Positions 55,399-64,000 of a stretch of 64,000 bases of DNA are shown here, piece after piece. The translations under genes were made by a program, and so were the position numbers. The first letter of the stretch is position 1. Each line of letters starts with the position of its first letter. Source of the stretch: an uncultured virus (IMG/VR IMGVR_UViG_3300028416_000010) (taxonomy: Duplodnaviria > Heunggongvirae > Uroviricota > Caudoviricetes). The stretch lies in IMG/VR virus record IMGVR_UViG_3300028416_000010; one strand, 5' to 3'. The notes beneath the pieces were generated by a model that was not told the origin of the DNA, searched no databases, and saw only the letters and a list, made by a program, of their open reading frames with translations.

Positions 55399-58300
55399 TT
55401 AAACTTTTCCTAATGCCCAATCAAACCACATTTCTTCTCTTGTTTTTTTTCTTTCAATAGGTTTATACCAATCAAGAAAAGAATCAGCCTGTTCTTTTGT
55501 CATAACTATTGGCTCATAGCCATCTAATTTAATATTTTTAATTATCCTTGTCTTCTCTTTAATAGTTTCACATTCAATAACGGTTGGACTACTATCTTTA
55601 TGTAATCTATAACCTATATAATATTTTTCCATAAATTGTTTTTTTAGCGTTACAATATAATATAGTAATCTCTTATCAAACTAATCAAAATTTGTATAAG
55701 TTTTTTTGTTTTTGCTGGGGGGATTTTAAAGTGTGTATGTTTTTTGTTTGTAACATGAATGTGTTGCTGCAGTCGTAAAAATGCAGCTGCAGCTTTTTGC
55801 TGTGGGGGTTAATTTGAGTTGGGGGTGTATACAATAATTCGCTTATATTTTCCGAAAAGTTTATGATTAATTTTCGGAAAATAATCAACTTTTATTGTAT
55901 GTATTATTTTGAAAATGTTGAGCTTGATTCATTCTTCGAGGAGCTGAGATGGTAAATTTTCTTTAGAAAAAACTACAAACAAAAAAAGCAACCCTTTCGA
56001 GTTGCTTAAATATCACATATAAAAACTTTTAATTAACTTATTTCCACATGTTCTTCAATTATAGAATTATAAGTTTCTAAACTACTTTCATCTAAAATTG
56101 TTTTACCACCTAATTCTATTTTTTTATTCAACAAAGATAATGAAAAATCTCTTATTTTTTTATCTTCTATTTTTAAATTTCCTTGTATTTCTAAAACTTT
56201 ATCTAACGCTTGATTGATTGTTGTTTTCATGTTTTTGTTTTTATAATAAATATTTAAAATTTTAATTTATGCTCCTATGCTATCAAGATAATCTTTAATA
56301 TACTCCTTTTCTATATTAGAAAGTCTTTCTTTTTCTATAAAGAACAACTCTTTCATTTCAAGACACTTTTCATCATTGCCATTTCTTAATTCTTCTTCGG
56401 CATCCAACCATAAATCAATTAATGTTTCTTTAGTCATTGTTTTAAATTTTAAATGTTATAGTATAATATAGTAATAATATTTTAATTTAATCAAAATTAT
56501 TGAAAATCTAAAATAATTTTTCCTTCAAACATTTCTAAATTTTCTTCATTACTTATTTCACATAAATGATTACTAAAAAATTTCTTTCCTTCTTCTGTTA
56601 AATTATACCAATTTAAAACTCTTGGAATTATAGAAGATGCAGGTTTTAAAAATCCTAAATGTTTAATGACCTTAACCTCACTTGGTAGTGCTAACAATAA
56701 AAGTTTTGTATCTAAATCTCCATTATTTAAAGCATTTAATCTTCTGTGAATTTCAGTTAAAACTCTTCTTTCTGATTTTTTAAATTTCATAATTTAATTA
56801 TTTAATTGTTCCGTATTCTCTCAATTCTTCTGTTAAATCTTGAATGACTTTTTGTTGTTGCTTTATTAATTCAACACATCTTAAAATCTCTTCTTTTGTG
56901 GGGTTATTACCAAAATAATATAATCTTTCTATATCTGTTGCTCTTTTTAATAATTCTCTATTATTAGTTAATATTCTACCTGTGTTTAAATAAAACTCTT
57001 CTCTATTTATTATTATATTGCTCATGCCTATTTTAATTTATATAATATAGTAATAATATTTTAATCTAATCAAAAAACTATAAACTTTTTAACATTCTTA
57101 AACCTCTTCTAATTTTTTCTTCTGAATATTCCCATTCTTTATAGAAATTATTATTTTCAAATTCTTTATAGAAAAAAGAAACAATATCTTTATATTGATT
57201 AACTAATTCAATTTCCTCAATACTTTTCCAACCACAATCTCCATTTTTGCTACTTGTTACTCCTGCAACATTAACATCATGAATAGTGTAATTAGTCACT
57301 TCACTGAAACGTTTTTTATTTTTCCCAATAGAATAATAAGATTTTCCTTTTTTATGATAAAGAGAAAATGAAATATTTATTGTATCATTAACATTAATAA
57401 AAGGTTTTAACACTTTGTTTCTCATTAATTTATCATAAACATTTCTATCTGTTCCAAAATGGATTGATAAATAATCTTCTCTACAAACAACTTCTAATCT
57501 ACTTTCAGTTAAATCAATAGCCATGTTTGCATGTACTACCCCATTTACTGCTGTTAAATCATCTCCATTTAACCAACGTACTCCGTAAGTTTTTAACTCA
57601 CTTAAAATAGAATTTATTATTTTTTCTGTCATAATGTTTGTTTTGTTATAGTATAGTATAGTAAACAATTATTAAAGTAATCAAAAAATGTATAAGTTTT
57701 TTTGTTTTTTTGCTGGGGGGACTTTTAAGTGTGTATATTTTTTGTGTGTAATATGAATGTGCTGCTGCAGCCGTAAAAATGTAGCTGCAGCTTTTTGCTG
57801 TGGGGGGAAATTTAGATTTGTAGGTATACAATAATTTTTTATTATTTTCCGAAAAGTTTCTATTTATTTTTCTGAAAATAATTACTTTTTTTTGTATACA
57901 TATCATTCAAAAAACCTCTCCCTTCATACAGGAACATATACAGGAACATGTAGGAATAAAATATAAAACAAATAAAAAAAGGCAATCATTTCTGACTGCC
58001 TTTTCTGCGTATTAACCATTAAAAATCTAAACTACTTATGGATAGCAAAGATAAAACAAATTTAAATAATTAAATTCAATTATCCAATTTTTTCATTTTT
58101 TATTTCACATCACAAGATAAATTTGATTTACGTTGCCTCTTTCATCTAAATGGTATTCATAACTTTTTTCTAATGTATTCGGTGTATAACTAAATATTAA
58201 ATCATCAATTTTGCCATGTTCTTCATTCATTTCATACTCTTTTGTTAATAATTGAAAAAAACTATCATCTTTTTGTTTAATTCTTTCAAAAGGTTTTTGG

Positions 58301-61300
58301 TTTTCAATCTCCAAGTCTATTGCTTGCATAATAATTTTTAAATGTTCTCTATCTAATTCAATAGGTAAGTGTCCTGCCATAATTTATTTTTTAATTAATA
58401 TTAAATATTTTCCCAACCTTCTAATTCATTTAGTTCAACTCCAATAGGTCTTAACCCATAAGGTTCTGCATTTAAGTAAAAGTCAAATGTATAACCTAAT
58501 TCTTCAACTTCATTTACAAGCCTTCTAAGTTCTACATAACTATCTACATCTTCATCAAAAGTATTAATTACTGATTTTATATTTTCAGGTATTAAATCGG
58601 GTGTTTCAAATAAATCTTTCATATTGTATAATCATTTGATATAATATAGTAACAATATTTTAGGTTAATCAAAACTATTGTACTTATTTAAAAATATTTT
58701 TTAATACATCATAATTTAAGTTTATCTCTACATTCCCCCCAAATAAGAAAATTGATAGTACGACAAATGTAACAAAAACAGCACAAGCATACATATAAAA
58801 TTTACTTAAAACATCAATTATTTGATTTAATATTTTTAACATTTTATTATTCTTTTTAATTGTTATTTAAAAAATTATACAAACTTTCAATAATTATTTC
58901 TCTTTCATCTTGTGTTATTCTACTCTCATCTAAAAGGTACTCATCTAAATCTTCTAAATTAGATTTATTAAATATATCAACAACATTTCCTATAACTTCT
59001 GCTGACATATATTTTCTATTGCCAATCAAATTAGAAAGTTCTTCATCTAACTTAGTTGAGAATATTTGAATACTTTGTGTTTTTTTGTCTACAATAGAAT
59101 GAAAACAATCTAAAAAAACAATTTCTACTTTTTCTTTATTCATTGTGTTTTTGTTTTTATAATATAATATATAATATAATATAGTAAAATTATTTCAATA
59201 TAATCAAAAAGTTTGTGGTTTTTATTTTTCCTGGGGGAGATTTTTGAAGTGTATAATTTATATGTATGATGGGCCTTTTGATACAGGGACAATAATGCAG
59301 CTGCAGGATTTGCTGTGGGGGCTGATTTGGGTTGGGGGGTATACAATAATATTAGATTATTTTCCGAAAAGTTTTTATTTATTTTTCGGAAAATATATTT
59401 TTTTTATTGTATATCTATCATTTAAAAAACCTCTCTCCCTCCAGAAGACGCTAGTCGCATTAACAACAAAAAAGTTATAGATACAAAAAACTAACCTCCC
59501 AGAAACAAAAAACCCCGCCTTATAAAAGACGAGGTTTCTATTCTTATTATTTTAATTTTAAATTATTAGAATTTCTTTTTCAGGTTCACCCATTTCAATT
59601 GTATGTTCAGGATATACTTCAATTAAAGCATTTACTAAATCATCATTATCATAATTCTCTCCCCCATTTCTTTCTTCAAGTATAATAGGCTCAATTACTT
59701 TCTTAATTTTTTCATTAGTTAAATTAGTCATTAAGAATAAATCTTCTTCTGCAAAAGACGTTGTTGAAATAACTACAAGTCTTAAATCTTCCATAATGTT
59801 TAAATATATAAAGTTACACGTTCATTGATTTCTTTAATTTCATATTCTCTGTTTGGATATTTACTTTCAAATTTATTGACAATTTTTTTAGCTTCATTTT
59901 TTGTTGCATATTTTAATTGTGGACTATAAAAAGAATACATATAACCTCTACTAGTATGTTTTGATAAATATCTCCCTTCAACTAATATAGTATAGTATTT
60001 ATCTAAATCAACTCTTAACTTTTCTTTCTTAGCCTTAGAAAAGTATTCCTTTCTTAACCTTTTAGGTTTATCTTCGGGCATATAACCAAACTCAACCGTT
60101 GCCTGTATTGGTGTACCCTTGAATAATTCATTACATTCATTAATTGCATCAATTAATTCTTGTCCACTTGTAACACTCTTACTGAAAGGTTCAATACCAT
60201 ATTCTCTTCTAGTTTTATCACTATAATAAGTGTTTTTAACTATTATAGTTACATGTTCCAAATTTAATTGCTCAATCGTTAGTGCTTTGCTACAACCTGT
60301 TTTAAATATACCTTCAAATTGTCCGTATGTAGTATTCCTTGTACTACCATTGATAGCAATACTACTCCAATATCCAAATGATTTATCATCATATTCCTCA
60401 AACCATTTATCTTTTTCTCTTTCATTGTTTCTATTGATAATATCTTGTCTTACTGACTTTGTATATTCAATCATTTCATCAAGTGTTAATACAACACTTT
60501 CATTGATATTGTACGCCCACCAACTTCTTGCACGTTTATTATTATAATCATAACAATTATTACTACCTGTTAATATCATTGGTACAAATTTATCTTCTGA
60601 CACTTTAATAAATTGTTTATCGTAAATAATTTCATAAGACATAATATAAATATTTTTAAGTTACAATATAATATAGTAAACAAATATCAAACTAATCAAA
60701 AATTGATAAACTTTTTTTGAAGAATATTTCTGAACCTGGGGGGATTATTTGTAGTTATACAATAATTATCTTATATTTTCCGAAAATTTTATACTTATTT
60801 TTCGGAAAATAATCCTTTTTTATTGTATATATTACTTTAGAAATGTTGAGCTTGGATTAACCTTCCAGCGTCTGGTATGGTAAATCTTATACACAATTAT
60901 CACAAAACCACCCCCCAGAAACAAAAAAAACAACCCTTTCGAGTTGCTTTACTTATATTATTATGTCTAATCAATTATTATTCATATACTATATGAATAG
61001 GTTCATCAATAAAGATATCTCCCCCATTACATTTTCCCCAACCTTGTTCAGGGTCTATTTTGCTTTTTGTAGTTGGTATTGTTCCGTTAAAATATTTCTC
61101 TAACACAACTGCAACACCATTACTTTCATTTTCTTCAAATATTAAATCACAAACCTCTCCCCAAGGCATTTTCCATTCAAAACTATCTCCTCTACTATTA
61201 GGATTAAACACACGTCCATAAGAATCATAATGTCCTCTCATTTCCTCAATCACTTTACCATTTTTTAACAGATACATTCTTACTGCATCTCCATCAAATG

Positions 61301-61846
61301 AACTGCTAGCAACTGCCTTATTACTTTCTTTACAAATAAAACTAAAACAACCCATAAACTTTTTTTAAATTAAATTATTTTATAAATGTCCACCATCATT
61401 GTTTGTGGAGTCTTGATATTCATATATAGTATCATAACCACTTAATGAATCTTCTGCTAAAGCATTTTCTAAAAGTGTGTCAATATGTTTACTTTCCATT
61501 AAAAAATTTTGCAATTCTTCTCCTACAATATTTTCATCAACTTCAACTTCGATAGTTGCTTGTTTAGAATAATGTCTTTCTATTGTTACTAAAACTTTTC
61601 TTGTCATATTATTTTTTTTATTATTTATAAATTATTTTCCCCGTATGGTGCCTCATTATAACTTTGGTAGTTGCAAGTCTTACATAAGTCTTGGTCATCG
61701 TCAACATCAAAGTCCATTTCTTCTCTAGGAAAATGTTCATGGCAGCTATTGCATATAAATAGTGGCTCATCTTCTGATAAATTTTTCATGTTATTTTTGT
61801 TTTGAATTATTAACTGAATTATTAATCTTTGATTTTTTAACTTCAC
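55399..61846 (-). CDS. Cluster of hypothetical early-type proteins (55399, 56033, 56497, 56798, 57078, 58105, 58401, 58856, 59558, 59800, 60978, 61380, 61625)
   Basis: Minus-strand ORFs, mostly directly downstream of the recurrent promoter. Confidence 0.7.
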
Positions 61847-62272
61847 TATGAATGAAATTTATCCAATCATTAAAGTTAAAAATAGGTTTCTTCGGTAAAA
61901 TAGTTTTCATATTATTTAATTTTTGTTACACATTAATATAGTAATAATTTTTCAAACTAATCAAAAAAATAAAAACTTTTTTTGAAGAATATTTCTGAAC
62001 CTGGGGGGATTATTTGTAGTTATACAATAATTATCTTATATTTTCCGAAAATTTTACACTTATTTTTCGGAAAATAATTGAATTTTGTTGTATATATTAC
62101 TTTAAAAATGTTGAGTTTGGATTAACCTTCCAGTGGCTGGGATGGTAAATCTTATACAAGAAAAAATGCAAACAAAAAAAAGACAACCATTTCTAGTTGT
62201 CTTTATATAAATTAATTTTGAAATTTGTATTTTTTTACTAAAAATACTTATATAATTTTCTCATTTTAAGAT

Positions 62273-62303
62273 ACTTACAAAAAGGTGTTGATATATACTA
62301 GTT
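62273..62303 (+). other. attI-like primary recombination site, copy 2
   Basis: 31/31 identity to 17136-17166; precedes the first cassette of array 2. Confidence 0.75.
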
Positions 62304-62517
62304 ATAGGGCATTTAGCGTTCTTTGGTTGCAAAGGTGAGGTATTCCACGTTTACAAGTTAAGTAAGCACCCCATTCATCAATTTTAGTTAATTCGCCTTT
62401 TACCTCTACACCATCGGTAATTCCACAAGTACCCACAGCGGAATAAAAACGCCCTATAACAACGTGTATAAAACCATTGCTATAAGTGCGTATATCAAAT
62501 TCTTTCTGTTTTTTCAT
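62302..62517 (-). CDS. Cassette protein (starts in attC loop, stop in crossover GTTA)
   Basis: SNGFIHVVIG is the translated attC arm. Confidence 0.7.
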   Translation of the reverse strand: MKKQKEFDIRTYSNGFIHVVIGRFYSAVGTCGITDGVEVKGELTKIDEWGAYLTCKRGIPHLCNQRTLNAL

Positions 62518-62586
62518 CTTTATGTCTTTTAATTAAGTTCAGTAAAAGCAACGGTTCATACACAAAACGTTATAAAACATTAAACT

Positions 62587-62886
62587 TCACCCCCATATAA
62601 AACCAATGTCAACCGAAAACTTTACATCCAATATGTAATCATTTGTTTCGAGAAACTTTTTATTTTTACCTTCTTTTGATATGCTGTATAAAATTACTCT
62701 ATCTGGAACATCTTTTTTAGAACATTCATTGTTGTCCTTTTGATGTTTAGAGTATTTTCTAACATATTCAAAAACACTACCCTTCTTGCTTTCTGTCCAA
62801 GGACTATAGTGAAATTCTCCTTTTACAATATCTTCTTTAAGTACACATGTACCTTTCATTTTAAATTTATTATTTAATTTTTCCAT
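62587..62886 (-). CDS. Cassette protein
   Basis: Likely start MEKLNNK at 62886. The third cassette carries a 38-aa ORF at 62963-63079. Confidence 0.7.
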   Translation of the reverse strand: MEKLNNKFKMKGTCVLKEDIVKGEFHYSPWTESKKGSVFEYVRKYSKHQKDNNECSKKDVPDRVILYSISKEGKNKKFLETNDYILDVKFSVDIGFIWG

Positions 62887-63545
62887 AATAAAACGTTTTA
62901 TAACAATGTATATAATTAACTCCACTTTGTTCCGCAAATCATATACGGAACGTTATGGACCATTATTCGTAAAAAAATTCTGTATCATATAATGATTTTA
63001 ATTGTTTACTTGTCAATTTATTTAAGTATACATCATCATACCCTCTTTCATTCCATAATCTGTACTTTAAACTTTCCATTGTTATTTAGTTTTAAATTAA
63101 CGGTGCATAAAACCATATAAAATTCATTTCGTTCCTCAACGCTTCATATACAAATCGTTATAATACAATATAGTAAACAAATATCAAACTAATCAAAAAT
63201 TGATAAACTTTTTTGAAAAAGATTTTTGGCTCCTGGGGAGGGATTTTTGTATAGTAGGCTTGTTTTATATTTATACAATATTTTATCCATATTTTCCGAA
63301 AATTTTCTATTTATTTTTCTGAAAATAATCACTTTTTATTGTATATCTTGCTTGTGTATTTTGAGGGGAATCATGTTTCACCAGGTCCTCACCAGGAAGA
63401 CTTAATAAAAACAAAAATCCTCCCAGTTAATCACAACACAAAAAACATATACAAAACAAAAAAGGCAACCATTTCTGATTACCTTTTTTTTAGATTAAAA
63501 CAAACACAAAAACAAAAACACTAACTATTTTTCATTATTAAAAAT

Positions 63546-63845
63546 TTAACTTTCTATATCTATTAATTCTCCTTCCCATTCTTTGCCGTTTAAAAACCAT
63601 TTTCTATTAGTTTGTCTAATTGAAACATTAGGCAAAGCATTTAATCTTTCTTTTGTAGTCGCAGTGTTATAACCACAATTTGTAATTGAAAGAGTATTGT
63701 TAGGGTCATTATATCTGTAAGCAATATCATTTCCAAACAAACTCAATATAGTTACATTAGGTAAAACTTTAACTTCTGTATTACTTTCACTAAAAGGAAC
63801 AGCATTTAAAAAAGCTTCAACTGATTTTTTTGTAATTTTTCTCAT
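63546..63845 (-). CDS. Conserved small phage protein
   Basis: 'LFGNDIA...T.TTKERLNAL...IRQ...WF' motif; likely start MRKIT at 63845. Confidence 0.7.
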   Translation of the reverse strand: MRKITKKSVEAFLNAVPFSESNTEVKVLPNVTILSLFGNDIAYRYNDPNNTLSITNCGYNTATTKERLNALPNVSIRQTNRKWFLNGKEWEGELIDIES

Positions 63846-64000
63846 AGTATTTCTTTTATAGTTACAACATAATATAGTAAACATATTTTAAACTAATCAA
63901 AAGAATAGTATTTTTTTTTGATGAAAGAATTTATTCTTGAGGAAGCTCAGACGGATTCTGAAGCTCAAAGGTTTATGATAGATTGGGGGGGGTATACAAT

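Larger units (their letters stand above)
62301..63163 (+). mobile_element. Integron-like cassette array 2 (3 cassettes)
   Basis: attC-like sites at 62454-62575, 62898-62958 and ~63105-63163 (degenerate R''); matching ends GTTATAGGGC/GCCCTATAAC and GTTATAAAAC/GTTTTATAAC. Confidence 0.85.
36181..63345. repeat. Dispersed 74-bp palindrome TATACAATA-N-TTTTCCGAAA-N-TTTCGGAAAA-N-TATTGTATA
   Basis: Full copies start at 36181, 37099, 38183, 44559, 46731, 49701, 54384, 55828, 57825, 59340, 60756, 62021 and 63272; degenerate or half copies at 47369, 51698, 52786; another begins at 63993. Confidence 0.9.
52890..63488 (-). terminator. Family of intrinsic terminators, AAAAAAGCAACCCTTTCGAGTTGCT type
   Basis: Copies near 52890, 54563, 55981, 60923; variants near 49870, 57974, 62173, 63458. 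Confidence 0.8.
36985..63901 (-). promoter_or_regulatory. Recurrent promoter TTGATTA-N~14-TTACTATATTA (~26 copies)
   Basis: + strand TAATATAGTAA...TAATCAA directly upstream of minus-strand genes, e.g. near 36985, 37682, 39417, 42545, 43391, 44463, 47314, 48147, 48635, 49561, 51619, 53929, 54227, 55361, 55658, 56464, 57043, 57655, 58642, 59176, 60670, 61934, 63167, 63870. Confidence 0.85.

Noticed and set aside
851..60547. Most + strand ORFs nested in minus-strand genes, and minus-strand ORFs 20284-20682 and 20735-20983
   Set aside because: Antisense shadows of better-supported genes, with atypical composition.
36181..63345. CRISPR or MITE interpretation of the 74-bp palindromes
   Set aside because: Copies are dispersed 1-6 kb apart, show no evident target-site duplications, and sit at a fixed position within regulatory modules.
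38137..63524. ORFs at 38137, 38250, 44516, 46688, 54310, 54498, 55685, 57646, 59140, 59244, 63339
   Set aside because: They overlap the repeated non-coding module, and their similarity (e.g. IFRK/FSEN) simply reflects the palindrome.
1..64000. Integrase, reverse transcriptase or DGR, and stop-codon reassignment
   Set aside because: No ORF shows tyrosine recombinase or RT motifs. Long conserved genes are intact in the standard code, and TAG/TGA act as stops at tight gene junctions.

Overview
Very AT-rich, densely packed segment of what is most likely a large (jumbo-type) phage of a Bacteroidota host. Nearly all genes are short and on the minus strand, ribosome-binding regions are A-rich without Shine-Dalgarno motifs, and TAnnTTTG promoters occur. 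Recognisable genes are: two metallophosphoesterases, a cyclic-phosphate-processing receiver domain, an Rnl1-type RNA ligase, glyA, an rIIA/rIIB-like pair, a PcfJ-like protein, an intein-containing and internally truncated SF2 helicase, an ECF sigma factor, and Gp88-, DUF932-, M28 peptidase- and YubB-like proteins. The main discovery is a phage-borne integron-like cassette system. A large array of about 21 attC-like hairpins spans 17.1-25.3 kb, a 3-cassette array spans 62.3-63.2 kb, and the tail of a third array lies at the window start. The two arrays whose starts are visible begin at an identical 31-bp attI-like site. Cassette genes are inverted relative to classical integrons, often start inside or lie wholly within the attC loop, and often use the crossover GTTA as their stop codon. 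No integrase is in the window. Also present are: four degenerate or expanded tRNA-like RNAs, a family of self-promoted stem-closed ncRNAs, a paralogous family of ~50-aa proteins, a ~2-kb non-coding repeat-rich hub, and a right half organised by a repeated terminator / 74-bp palindrome / promoter module. All calls are by eye, with no database searches.
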